A stretch of 51,355 nt of DNA, from IMG/VR virus record IMGVR_UViG_3300043540_000524, positions 1 to 51,355 of that record; one strand, 5' to 3'. Within the stretch, counting starts at the first letter, position 1; every line of letters begins with the position of its first letter. Positions 20,036 to 28,908 of this stretch are shown here, piece by piece. The DNA comes from a virus (taxonomy: Duplodnaviria; Caudoviricetes). Below the pieces are notes generated by a model. The model did not search any database and was not told where the DNA came from. It worked only from the letters and a program-made list of their open reading frames with translations. The position numbers were made by a program, and so were the translations under genes.

Positions 20036-20378
20036 ATAGTATCTTTACATCCTTAATTATTAACAATTAAATTCGGCATTCTAAATTTAACCGAAGGGAG
20101 ACATTATTGCAACAGATAAGGAATGTACGCTTTTAACCGTTCAACGGGGTCTCAATCCGCGAATCGGTTTGGTACCAATTGGGTAGGACTGTCGCAAGTA
20201 CTATTTTTAAACCCGCGCAAAGAGCACCATAGGTGCGAAGCGCAGTGAGTGGAGTGAACGATGATACTTTACAAAAACATAGAAATTAGGCAGAATCTAT
20301 ATGATGGTTCTTTCTATTACTTTAAAGGAAAGAATATTGTTAAGACACAAACCTTAGCAGAAATGAAAAGGATTATCG

Positions 20379-20567
20379 ATGCAGAACTTAAAACGTAAGG
20401 ATTGGGGTCGAATAGAGGGTCTAATGGAGGGTTGGGTGCGGGGCACGACATGGTGTGCCCCCGTTCTGTCTGAAATGAGGTATCATCCACTGGATCAAGT
20501 GAGGACTCAAGTGTGGATTCAAGTGTGGATTCAAGTGTGGTCTCAAATTTACAGGAGTAGGAAATGA
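20379..20567 (+). CDS. 'KDW/QVW' tetrapeptide-repeat small protein
   Basis: AAGGA RBS; MQNLKRKDW...QVWIQVWIQVWSQ; 12-bp DNA repeats. Confidence 0.6.
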   Translation: MQNLKRKDWGRIEGLMEGWVRGTTWCAPVLSEMRYHPLDQVRTQVWIQVWIQVWSQIYRSRK

Positions 20568-20650
20568 ATCTAAGAGATAAGGATTGGAGTAGAGCATTCA
20601 AGTATGGTACGCATGGACTAAGCCGGATAAATTCGACGCTTGCTCGGTGA
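20564..20650 (+). CDS. MNLRDKDW-family mini-gene, probably truncated
   Basis: AGGAG RBS, ATGA overlap, TGA after 28 codons. Confidence 0.45.
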   Translation: MNLRDKDWSRAFKYGTHGLSRINSTLAR

Positions 20651-20881
20651 GCCTGTTACGGGCGATCCAGAGCAGATGTCTGGTTTTTTACCTTCGGATA
20701 GACAGGAATAATGAGAGCATTTATTAATAACGGCATCTTATTCATTATAGGACCGGATTCAAGGATCTTATTAAGCATACCTTGGGCTAAGGCGAAAGCT
20801 TACCTAGAGACGCGGCCCAATTGCACAGTAAGCTAGATCAAGAGCGGAACCGAATAAGAAAATAAAAACATAATTTATTTG

Positions 20882-20910
20882 TTGAATGAAAAATATAAAG
20901 CAACTATTCT
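20882..20910 (+). promoter_or_regulatory. Sigma70-like promoter
   Basis: TTGAAT-17-TATTCT upstream of the GGGAG RBS of 20933. Confidence 0.55.
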
Positions 20911-20932
20911 TAACTAAAGAGGGAGAACAAAA

Positions 20933-21814
20933 ATGAAATTAAAGGATATTAAGCGGTTAACAAAAGAACAAGAAATACAACTATCTGTATATGGTAAAAA
21001 GTGGTCAGAAATTAATAACTCCACTAAAGAATTAGATAAAAAAAAAGTTGAACAGTGCTTTAAAGATATGTATAAGTTTCATGGACTTGCAGAACCCAAG
21101 CACTTTGTGTATTTCGGCTCCCCCTTAGCGGGCGCGCAGGCAACAGGAAACACCACCAACATCCTATATGGGGCGCAAGACGCCGCTTGGCTCTGTTACC
21201 ATGACTTCTTTCGAGAAGAATTAAGCATCAAAGAGGAAACGGAAGCCTCCACTTTCCTTATCCGCCTTGCAAACCTTGCAGGCTGGTGTTGGGTTTCCGA
21301 CGACACAGTAGTAATCACCCCCAATCCAAAAGAGATCCACCTAATTGGGCCAGAGGATAACAAAATCTTGCACAATACTAAGGGCCCTGCAATTCTCTAT
21401 CCGGACGGATTCGCCCTGTACTTCCTAAACAACATTCAAATGACCGAAGAGCAGGTTATGACTCCAGCCGAACACATGACGGTTGAAAGTGTTATGAAAG
21501 AGCCTAACGTGGATGTGCGGCGTGAGCTCCTCAGAAAGATTGGGCTTGAAAAGTTTGTCCGAGATACTAAAGGAAAGGTATTGGACACCTATATGGCCAA
21601 ATACAACAATAAGGAGATTGAATATCAACTTATTGAAATTACCCTAAATATCTCAGAAGATGAGGTTACTACCGCCCGCGTCCTTAAAATGGACAACCCC
21701 TCCATCAATGCCCAGCACATCGAGGGAGTCGAAGACACTTGCAATACGGTTAAGGAAGCGCTAGCATGGAGACTAGGATTGGATGAGTATGTAGAGCCGG
21801 TCCAATTAACATAA
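20933..21814 (+). CDS. DUF6745-like phage protein
   Basis: LHNTKGPAILYPDGFALYFLNN; EPNVDVRRELLRKIG; TVKEALAW. Confidence 0.75.
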   Translation: MKLKDIKRLTKEQEIQLSVYGKKWSEINNSTKELDKKKVEQCFKDMYKFHGLAEPKHFVYFGSPLAGAQATGNTTNILYGAQDAAWLCYHDFFREELSIKEETEASTFLIRLANLAGWCWVSDDTVVITPNPKEIHLIGPEDNKILHNTKGPAILYPDGFALYFLNNIQMTEEQVMTPAEHMTVESVMKEPNVDVRRELLRKIGLEKFVRDTKGKVLDTYMAKYNNKEIEYQLIEITLNISEDEVTTARVLKMDNPSINAQHIEGVEDTCNTVKEALAWRLGLDEYVEPVQLT

Positions 21815-21833
21815 GTATCCAAAAGAAGTTATT

Positions 21834-22019
21834 TTGGAATTAACAATAAAATTTCTTGAGGGGTGGTTGTCGGAGGCGGAAAAGCTCGTAGGGATTTACA
21901 CAACCCTCTTATCAGAACTTAAAAAAACCGATACTGATTTAACAAAAACAAAGGCTAGTCAGAAGTTTTTATCACTTGTGGCGGGTGGCCAAATTAAGGA
22001 GAAAAAGGAAGATGAATAA
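21834..22019 (+). CDS. Hypothetical protein
   Basis: 61 aa, TTG start, fills the gap in the operon. Confidence 0.4.
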   Translation: MELTIKFLEGWLSEAEKLVGIYTTLLSELKKTDTDLTKTKASQKFLSLVAGGQIKEKKEDE

Positions 22020-22335
22020 GCTAATTGTAATTGAACAAGGGGACGTGGTTCTCATTCGAAGGGATGGGGCTACGCGGGGCGGGATTCCTAAAGCAAACCG
22101 CACTAACGTAGTACAAGACGGGGAACACACAGGGCACGCGCACCGCTTCACTACCGGCGAAGCCACTATCTATGAAACCAATGGTCTTGTAACCTCCCTA
22201 AAAGTCACTAGCCCTAAAGCCTTCTTAACCCACGAAGAGCATCTTCCAGTTGAGATTGAAGAGGGTGAATATGAGGTCCGCATTGTGCGACAAAAAGATC
22301 CGTTTACGAAAATGATTTCTAGAGTTGTCGATTAA
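22012..22335 (+). CDS. Conserved His-motif protein that usually partners DUF6745-like genes
   Basis: AAGGA RBS; QGDV...GEHTGHAH...LTHEEH...GEYEVRIVRQ. Confidence 0.7.
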   Translation: MNKLIVIEQGDVVLIRRDGATRGGIPKANRTNVVQDGEHTGHAHRFTTGEATIYETNGLVTSLKVTSPKAFLTHEEHLPVEIEEGEYEVRIVRQKDPFTKMISRVVD

Positions 22336-22535
22336 CTCATTGCGTTCGAGGCTCTAAGCAACATACTGTTGCATCGCTCGGAAAGAGGGAATGATGGATA
22401 AAATATCTGGGAGAACGAGAAAAATAGCAACTGTACGTAATGGTTTTGTAATCGTGTCGTGCGCGGAATCTCTAAAACTCCTGGGTATTTTTTCCATACC
22501 CCAGAGGCCGAAAAGATTCTGAAGAGGAGAATTAA

Positions 22536-22835
22536 ATGCCAAAGAAAAGACTGATTGGACTTGTTGTCAGTGATAACGAACAAATTGTTACAGAAGACGG
22601 GGATCTCTATACTTGTGCGGATAATTTAGAATATTCTGGAGATATTGTAACTAATAGTGTTGTCTCCTTCGAACCTGCAGGGATCTTTTTGGCTATTAAT
22701 CTCAAGACTGAAATTTCTGAATTCGATAAATGCATTACAATGGATTGCCTTAATAAAGTTGAGGACACTACCGGAGATGACTTTTGCATGGAATGCTCCA
22801 TGAAGAATGACGACGATTACCAAGGAGATTATTAA
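22536..22835 (+). CDS. Hypothetical protein with C-terminal Cys cluster
   Basis: GAGGAG RBS; C-x4-C...C-x2-C. Confidence 0.55.
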   Translation: MPKKRLIGLVVSDNEQIVTEDGDLYTCADNLEYSGDIVTNSVVSFEPAGIFLAINLKTEISEFDKCITMDCLNKVEDTTGDDFCMECSMKNDDDYQGDY

Positions 22836-22836
22836 A

Positions 22837-23205
22837 ATGAAACCTACAGATCAATTAATAACAGAATTAATTCGTATATTAACAAATACAAAAAATTTCG
22901 TGCTTGAGCAAGCACCAGATCTTACCAAAGAATTGGTACAAAAAGAAATCATAATGTCTAGTATTTATACAATTAGTTCCTTACTAGTTATAACAAGCAC
23001 CATTGTGATAACAAGAGTCATTTTTCTCCGCACTAAGGATGATAGTTTTGTTGATAGAGACTTTAAGCGAGTACGCGCATCCGCGATCGGCTTGACGATA
23101 GGAGTGATCGCCCTATCAGCTCTTTTTCGCTCATCAGAAGCCCTAATCACATGTATTTACGCACCTAAAGTATTTATACTGGAGTATCTTAATCATTTGA
23201 GGTAA
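22837..23205 (+). CDS. Two-TM membrane protein
   Basis: GGAG RBS; FVLEQAPDL; two hydrophobic helices; APKVFILEYL. Confidence 0.65.
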   Translation: MKPTDQLITELIRILTNTKNFVLEQAPDLTKELVQKEIIMSSIYTISSLLVITSTIVITRVIFLRTKDDSFVDRDFKRVRASAIGLTIGVIALSALFRSSEALITCIYAPKVFILEYLNHLR

Positions 23206-23207
23206 AT

Positions 23208-23384
23208 ATGAAATATGTATTCTTAATTCTATCCCTATTCGGTGTTATTCTGATGCAGGGTTGGACTCTTTATTATAGTTCTCAAATCAGATCGGATCTC
23301 TTTGTTCGTCCGGCAGTGTGCGATTCGTCCATAGGGCAATTTGAATTGTGCTTAAATAAACATAATAGAAAGATTGCTCGTTAG
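23208..23384 (+). CDS. Small membrane/secreted protein (58 aa)
   Basis: GAGG RBS; MKYVFLILSLFGVILMQG...; below the ORF-track cutoff. Confidence 0.5.
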   Translation: MKYVFLILSLFGVILMQGWTLYYSSQIRSDLFVRPAVCDSSIGQFELCLNKHNRKIAR

Positions 23385-23542
23385 TAAATTAGAAATATAA
23401 TTAGACTTAGAGGGATAGACTTTGTTTGCGTGGACTGCCTTAATTGTGGATTAACAGCACACGGTATGAATATTCCCTTTGGGACCGAAGTCCATAATAC
23501 GGATTGTCCAAACTGCGAGCGAGTGAGGGGATTGGAGGAAGA

Positions 23543-23788
23543 ATGAAGCTCGGTGATTTAGAATTTAGGGCAGAGGATTTTACCGCAGCGGCAACATTGG
23601 CCGAAGATTACGGCGAACAGGCAGGCACCGATTTTCTTAATCGCCTCCTCCACGAACGGTTGGAAAAGGCGCTGATTGTGTATGGTCGCTTAGAACCCAT
23701 AGATGGTTTATATACAGCGTGGGACAATATGAAAATGAGTAAAGATACCCATACCGCCCGCCTCGTTTGCGTGGAGGAAATAGAATGA
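23543..23788 (+). CDS. Hypothetical protein
   Basis: GGAGG RBS, ATG at 23543. Confidence 0.6.
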   Translation: MKLGDLEFRAEDFTAAATLAEDYGEQAGTDFLNRLLHERLEKALIVYGRLEPIDGLYTAWDNMKMSKDTHTARLVCVEEIE

Positions 23789-24189
23789 AAGGTTTTTTTC
23801 TATTCATAGGGATCTTTACAGGAATATGTCTGCCTCTTACTGTACTCGCAGTTTACGCTTTCGGGCCATACGGGTTCATCGTGGAACCAGTATTGATCCT
23901 TATTTGTTTATGCATTTCTGTAGTGGCCGCCGCAGATATTCTGCCCTCGAAGCCTACGAAGTTATCTGTAGGCGATAGGGTTAAAGTTTATGGGTTGTTC
24001 AGTCCCTCCGAGGGCGGCAGCACAATAATGCTTAATGGAAGGAAAGGGACTGTTATCAATACTATTATCGATACCGAGCTAGAAATAGATTTAGATAAAC
24101 CTTTTAAAGAACCCTACATTAGGTACCCGCATCGCATTGATTGTGTGCACCCTAAGCAGTGCCGTAGATTAGCTAGGAGAACTAAATGA
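23785..24189 (+). CDS. Membrane protein with SH3/KOW-like C-terminal domain
   Basis: GGAGG RBS; two TM helices then LSVGDRVKV...GTV...VHPKQCRRL. Confidence 0.55.
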   Translation: MKGFFLFIGIFTGICLPLTVLAVYAFGPYGFIVEPVLILICLCISVVAAADILPSKPTKLSVGDRVKVYGLFSPSEGGSTIMLNGRKGTVINTIIDTELEIDLDKPFKEPYIRYPHRIDCVHPKQCRRLARRTK

Positions 24190-24470
24190 GCTGCACCACC
24201 CATCACCATGCGTGCGATTGTCGGGAAGCTCAGTTTCAAAAAGATATTGAGCATTGGAAAATGATTGCTGAGAAATTTCAACAGCACCACATTCGGGTTT
24301 TGCGACAACGTGATCAGGCGCGCGAACAACTCGCCGAGAGTGCTGAAGCATGGTCGCAATTGAAAAAACAATTGCTTGAGGCGAAAGACATTTTAGAACG
24401 GCTGCAGAGTTTGGGTGTGACAGTGAGGGATATGCATACCCGTTTGCCGAAGAGGCCCGAGACCTTTTGA
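24186..24470 (+). CDS. Hypothetical coiled-coil protein
   Basis: AGGAG RBS; MSCTTHHHACDCRE N-terminus. Confidence 0.6.
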   Translation: MSCTTHHHACDCREAQFQKDIEHWKMIAEKFQQHHIRVLRQRDQAREQLAESAEAWSQLKKQLLEAKDILERLQSLGVTVRDMHTRLPKRPETF

Positions 24471-24622
24471 AGAAATGGGTGAGGTAATGACCAATGGTTC
24501 ATTTAAGAGTGTCCTCAAAAGAGTTACGGCAGCTTATGAAGCTGGTTGAAAAGAAAGAGAAGAAGTTTGGTAGCGCTTAGTCCAGATGTGTGCATATTTG
24601 TCTCTAATAAAGGGAGGAAGAA

Positions 24623-24829
24623 ATGAAAGCTCTATTAACTATAATTGCTGCTTCTTTACTGGTGTTTGCTTCTGCGGGAGTAGTGGTGTCCACAGCCCAA
24701 ATTCAGAAGCTCCATAAAGACCTTACGGACCAATCCGACCGCATGGTGGCCTTAGAGAATGAGGCTCTTTACGAGCATGGGCTACTCACCTCGTTTATTG
24801 AGCTATTAAAAGAAAGAGGTCATAGATGA
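24623..24829 (+). CDS. Single-TM small protein, paralog of 25847-26050
   Basis: GGAGG RBS; SDR...LE...LYEHGLLTSF. Confidence 0.6.
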   Translation: MKALLTIIAASLLVFASAGVVVSTAQIQKLHKDLTDQSDRMVALENEALYEHGLLTSFIELLKERGHR

Positions 24830-25104
24830 AGAACATTGAATTTAAGTATGCTCACGAGGGTGTAGTTTGTCTCTGTTGTGGCCGTGTACTCATCTCGTAC
24901 TTTACACACGATTACAAAACATGCCCCTGTGATCAGCAAACCATGGTTGACGGTGGGCAATTGGGTTACGTCCGTTATGGCGGTAAAGATCTGTCCCTAA
25001 TCCGACACGTTCTCATAGTTCCCGTCGTTAGAACCAAGAGCGGGAAAACCTCTAAGAGAAGAATTAAGACCTACCGAGAAGTGTACGCGAACAAACGACG
25101 CTAG
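24826..25104 (+). CDS. Conserved phage Zn-binding protein
   Basis: CLCCG...S...HDYKTCPC...VDGG. Confidence 0.65.
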   Translation: MKNIEFKYAHEGVVCLCCGRVLISYFTHDYKTCPCDQQTMVDGGQLGYVRYGGKDLSLIRHVLIVPVVRTKSGKTSKRRIKTYREVYANKRR

Positions 25105-25232
25105 GACAGGAACAAAGCCCGTTCCGCTTCCCGACGCCTTAAATGAAAACATTGTTAAAATAAAAGCACAATTGCAGGCTTCCCTATTAAAGCAACCCGC
25201 CCTATAATTAAAGAATAGAGGGAGAAAGCACA

Positions 25233-25628
25233 ATGAAAAAACTTCTGTTAGTACTAATAATTCTTTTCTTACTTATACTTAGCAATCAAACAACAAAAGA
25301 AGACACAAACGATTGGGACCACATGGGAACCTCGTTTGCAGTGCAAACACTAGTATATGGTATCTCTAGCAAGTTCTTAGGAATTGGCACGCATCAAAAG
25401 TGTGAGTATAGCCAATATTACAACACTTGTTTTTATACTGGATATGGGAAAGTGTTTAACCGGACTGAAGCAGTTATTTTTAGTAGCCTAATTACTTTTT
25501 TAGGAACCACCACCTATTCCTACCTAAAAGCCCAGCAATCCCATACAAATGTATCTGGTAGAGAGATTCTGATGAATGGTATTGGGCAGGCGGCAGCAAT
25601 CGGGACAATTTACACGTTTAAATTTTAA
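25233..25628 (+). CDS. Membrane protein
   Basis: GGGAG RBS; N-terminal signal/TM and further hydrophobic segments. Confidence 0.55.
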   Translation: MKKLLLVLIILFLLILSNQTTKEDTNDWDHMGTSFAVQTLVYGISSKFLGIGTHQKCEYSQYYNTCFYTGYGKVFNRTEAVIFSSLITFLGTTTYSYLKAQQSHTNVSGREILMNGIGQAAAIGTIYTFKF

Positions 25629-25643
25629 CAAAAGGAAGATAAA

Positions 25644-25850
25644 ATGAATACGTATTCTTGTAACTTCTGTGGTTTAGATATAGATACCGAAATCACTAAA
25701 ATCATCACTAATAATAATAATGTGAATATTTGCATTCACTGTTTACTAGTGGCAAATAAACACCTGGACAAACCTCGTAATGCAGCGTATGTTGAAAAGG
25801 CAGCAAATAAATCTTTTAATGAAGAAATGAAGAAAGGAAGAACAGCATGA
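25644..25850 (+). CDS. Stand-alone ClpX-type C4 zinc-finger protein
   Basis: YSCNFCG-x7-KII-x5-VNICIHCL resembles the ClpX N-domain CSFCG...KLI...VxICxECV. Confidence 0.6.
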   Translation: MNTYSCNFCGLDIDTEITKIITNNNNVNICIHCLLVANKHLDKPRNAAYVEKAANKSFNEEMKKGRTA

Positions 25851-26050
25851 AACATTATTTAGTAGACACAGCGTTTATTGTGGCCATAGTGTTTGTTATT
25901 ATTTCAGGAAGGGAGTTAAACAAAGCTCTTGAAACACACAGTGATAGACTAGATAAGCTCGAGGCTTCAAATATAGAACTAGTTAAGCAGTCTCTTTATG
26001 AGCATGACTTACTCACTGCTTTCTTGAGCTTGTTACAGGACAAAAAATGA
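25847..26050 (+). CDS. Single-TM small protein, paralog of 24623-24829
   Basis: SDRLDKLE...LYEHDLLTAF. Confidence 0.6.
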   Translation: MKHYLVDTAFIVAIVFVIISGRELNKALETHSDRLDKLEASNIELVKQSLYEHDLLTAFLSLLQDKK

Positions 26051-26148
26051 AAAACCCTCTAGCGGACTAACTTTACTGCCTGCGGGTCTTTATCAAAGTA
26101 CACAAACAGGAGCGCCCTGTGATTTCACTCTAACGAATGGATGTATTA

Positions 26149-28050
26149 TTAGCCCTGAGGGACATTAGGCAGGAGTTGTGAAGTCGGCCCTTGTTCAGGT
26201 TGCGCTTGCGGTTGAGGAGCTACCGGCTGTTGTGGAGGTATAGCTGCTTGTTGTAAGTCAGTTACATCGTGTATATACTGCCTTATGAGTTCCAATTTAC
26301 TCTCTTCTGCGTTGTCTCGTTTAGCACGTGCGTAGTACCATATGGCAAATTGAAGAGCTTGGGAGAGATCGTCGTAAGGTTCTGGAGGAGTGTAGATCCC
26401 TTCTTCAATCATCTTATCCAAACTCTCCTCAATGTAGTCAAGAGGGGCGTTTGAAATATCTTCGTAGAAGTCTAAATCAGGAAAATGTAAAAGCTGCTTA
26501 CCGATTTTGGGACTAATCATCCCAGCCTGCATAAGTTTCTGCACTTCATCCAACCTACCGGCCGGTTCTTTTGGCAATGAACTTTCAGGAAAGCATTGAA
26601 TGATGAAATCATCTTTTTCTAAGTTAAAATCTGGAAAGTCAATCTTCTTAACTGCGTTCTTTCCGGGGGCAACCGTAGAATAAGAACCTTCTTCTTTATA
26701 AATCTGCTGCGCCTTATCTATAATTTGATATGCAAGATCAATGAACATTTTCTCATAGTTCTGGGCCGTGATGGCAAACCTATCCGAAGAGATATTATCG
26801 TAGGCTTTGATAGCCTCGCCTGAATCAAGACCTGCGGGTTTCATAGCCGAAGCCTGCATCTCACTAATACCTGAAATACGATAGGAATATTGGACTAGGC
26901 GATCTCGTTCTTGATAAATCTCGGCAGGAACGCAAGGGGCCACTTCATAAATAGGCTTAGTGCCTTGGTATTTAACAATCGCCCCAATTTGATTATTGAT
27001 GTGGGCACTCACAACCTTAGACCCATCCTCAACGAATACGCGTGGCACCCCAATGAGATTTATGGACTGCTGGATAACGTAGCAAAGCTTATTAATCTCG
27101 TTTTGAAGTCCCATCAACTGCTCTGCCAAGCCCTGCGCCCAAAAGCCCAGAGTACGGGGAGCGTAATTAAAGAACACAAAAGGAAAACAGCTCTTTTCAT
27201 ACTTTTCTTCTAGAAGAACCCCATTATTGATTGAGATTACGTGCTTACCATCTTTGGAATCTTCACTACTACGAAGATGCCAAGATTCGACGACCATTAT
27301 CTGATCTGCAATACTGCGAGAGGCCTCCCCACTAGCGTCGAACTGCCCTGCCTCTGCCGCCATGATCATAACCTTATGGTCCGGAAACATACCACAAAGT
27401 TGACTTCGATCTATTAGTTTTAACTGATGTAACTGACGAGGATTGCCATATAGACTCTCGACTTCGTCTACAAATAACTCAGTGCATAGAGTGCGTTCAA
27501 TTGCAACCTTTTTATCTTTTTCAAAAATCTTAACAATACCTGTTCCTAGAATAAAGCTATCCATACAGACTTGTTGTAAGATCTCATTTGCCTTAAGACG
27601 GTATAACTCACCATCACAGAACTTATTTAATTCTTTAGATAGTTTTCTTTTCTTGTAGTCTCCTCCGGAGGTGAGGAATACAGGGCGGGGTTTGGATTGG
27701 GCAATTTTGGCTTTCAGCGTATCACAACACGATTGAATTACATTTAAAGTAACTCTGTCTGATGGGAACTTGTACTGGGCATTGATCTTATTGAGATTAA
27801 CCCCCAACCACGAGTATAAGGGCATGTTGCCGTATAGGCGGGCGAAGAGGGCTGCCTGTTGCTGCCGCCACGTTTGATTAGTTTTTAGATAGGAGACAAC
27901 AGAGAATATGGTTCCAACCATATCCCTTTCTTTCTTTAGATCCCACCACTTGCCCTGGAAAGCATAGTTATCTTTAATTTCAGGCTTTGAGCTCTGCCCT
28001 TTATTAGCGGCCTTAATTGGATCGTGCTTTGTAATTCTATCATTTGCCAT
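26149..28050 (-). CDS. Portal protein
   Basis: 633 aa; LNVIQSCCDTL, G-T-G-I-V-K, FPFV...FWAQGLAEQL...QNEIN, ISGISE; downstream of TerL. Confidence 0.88.
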   Translation of the reverse strand: MANDRITKHDPIKAANKGQSSKPEIKDNYAFQGKWWDLKKERDMVGTIFSVVSYLKTNQTWRQQQAALFARLYGNMPLYSWLGVNLNKINAQYKFPSDRVTLNVIQSCCDTLKAKIAQSKPRPVFLTSGGDYKKRKLSKELNKFCDGELYRLKANEILQQVCMDSFILGTGIVKIFEKDKKVAIERTLCTELFVDEVESLYGNPRQLHQLKLIDRSQLCGMFPDHKVMIMAAEAGQFDASGEASRSIADQIMVVESWHLRSSEDSKDGKHVISINNGVLLEEKYEKSCFPFVFFNYAPRTLGFWAQGLAEQLMGLQNEINKLCYVIQQSINLIGVPRVFVEDGSKVVSAHINNQIGAIVKYQGTKPIYEVAPCVPAEIYQERDRLVQYSYRISGISEMQASAMKPAGLDSGEAIKAYDNISSDRFAITAQNYEKMFIDLAYQIIDKAQQIYKEEGSYSTVAPGKNAVKKIDFPDFNLEKDDFIIQCFPESSLPKEPAGRLDEVQKLMQAGMISPKIGKQLLHFPDLDFYEDISNAPLDYIEESLDKMIEEGIYTPPEPYDDLSQALQFAIWYYARAKRDNAEESKLELIRQYIHDVTDLQQAAIPPQQPVAPQPQAQPEQGPTSQLLPNVPQG

Positions 28051-28052
28051 AA

Positions 28053-28310
28053 TTAGTTATTTTCTTCTATTTGAAAAGTGGACCAATTGAGAAAGTCAAT
28101 AGCCTCATCCGTTTTTATAGGAGGGTCTTTCTTTAGTGGGGTTTCCGCTGGGGAGGTCTTTCGGTTTCTGGTGGGTTTTGGGGCTATAGGCTCTAATTCC
28201 AGCTCAATAATTCCACAGTACGATTCTGCACTATTTTCGCTTAATTTGACCTTATTTACACCTAAAACACGTAAAAAAGACACTAATTGTTTTAATTTTT
28301 TCTTTTCCAT
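28053..28310 (-). CDS. Hypothetical protein upstream of portal
   Basis: 85 aa, 2-nt gap to the portal start. Confidence 0.6.
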   Translation of the reverse strand: MEKKKLKQLVSFLRVLGVNKVKLSENSAESYCGIIELELEPIAPKPTRNRKTSPAETPLKKDPPIKTDEAIDFLNWSTFQIEENN

Positions 28311-28312
28311 TA

Positions 28313-28353
28313 TATAAAAGGGTGTTTTTGCAAGTTAGTTAATAATTATAATA
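28313..28353 (-). promoter_or_regulatory. 41-bp intergenic repeat, copy 2
   Basis: Identical to 2208-2248; ends 2 nt before the ATG at 28310. Confidence 0.65.
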
Positions 28354-28398
28354 GGTTATGTAATAAAGATTGCTTTATTAGTAAAAAAGAGTTTATAA

Positions 28399-28545
28399 TT
28401 GGGAAATGGATTAAGATTTGGGGTCGGGCTAGGGGAAAAAATATGGTGGGAAATTTATTGGGCTCAAATGCAAGAGCAAATGCCGAGTAGAGTGCGGAAT
28501 CGAATATGTCAAATATGGAATCAAATACAGAAAGAAAAGAAATGA
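28399..28545 (+). pseudogene. Degenerate KDW/QVW-family copy
   Basis: ...IWWEIYWAQ...QIWNQIQKEKK*, ATGA overlap with the next copy; 5' end eroded. Confidence 0.35.
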
Positions 28546-28736
28546 ACATACGAGATAAGGATTGGAGTTCAATATGGTATAGGGTGCGGTATGAAGTGCG
28601 GAGTCCATTGCGGTATGAAGTGTGTGGTCCAGTCCGGTCTGAAGCGTGGTCTCAAATGCAGGGGTTAGCTGGGGTCCGATCCGGAGTGAAGTGTGGTTTC
28701 AAATTCACAGGAGTACGAAATGAATCTAAGAGATAA
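28542..28736 (+). CDS. MNIRDKDW-family mini-gene with apparent frameshift near 28669
   Basis: Alternative frame gives WGPIRSEVWFQIHRSTK*, matching VWSQIYRSRK* of 20379-20567. Confidence 0.5.
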   Translation: MNIRDKDWSSIWYRVRYEVRSPLRYEVCGPVRSEAWSQMQGLAGVRSGVKCGFKFTGVRNESKR

Positions 28737-28908
28737 GGATTGGAATTCAATATGGTATAAGGTTGCTAATAAAGTGTGGGGTCCAATCCGGAGTGAACTG
28801 CGGAATCAGGTACTAAATCAAGTATGGGATCAAGCACGGGGGCAAGTGCAGTATAAAATATTCATTAATTTTTATAAAACTCATCCCAAAGATCTGGCAT
28901 CTGATTAG
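28720..28908 (+). CDS. MNLRDKDW-family mini-gene
   Basis: AGGAG RBS; NQVLNQVWDQARGQV repeats; overlaps the 3' end of TerL. Confidence 0.55.
   Translation: MNLRDKDWNSIWYKVANKVWGPIRSELRNQVLNQVWDQARGQVQYKIFINFYKTHPKDLASD

Noticed and set aside
20490-20550. CRISPR-like array in the 12-bp repeats
   Set aside because: Tandem coding repeats without unique spacers; the Cas4-like nuclease sits in a replication context with no other cas genes.
19110-20930. tRNA or tmRNA genes, or an attP/lysogeny module
   Set aside because: No cloverleaf with T-loop and acceptor stem found, and no integrase or repressor anywhere in the window.
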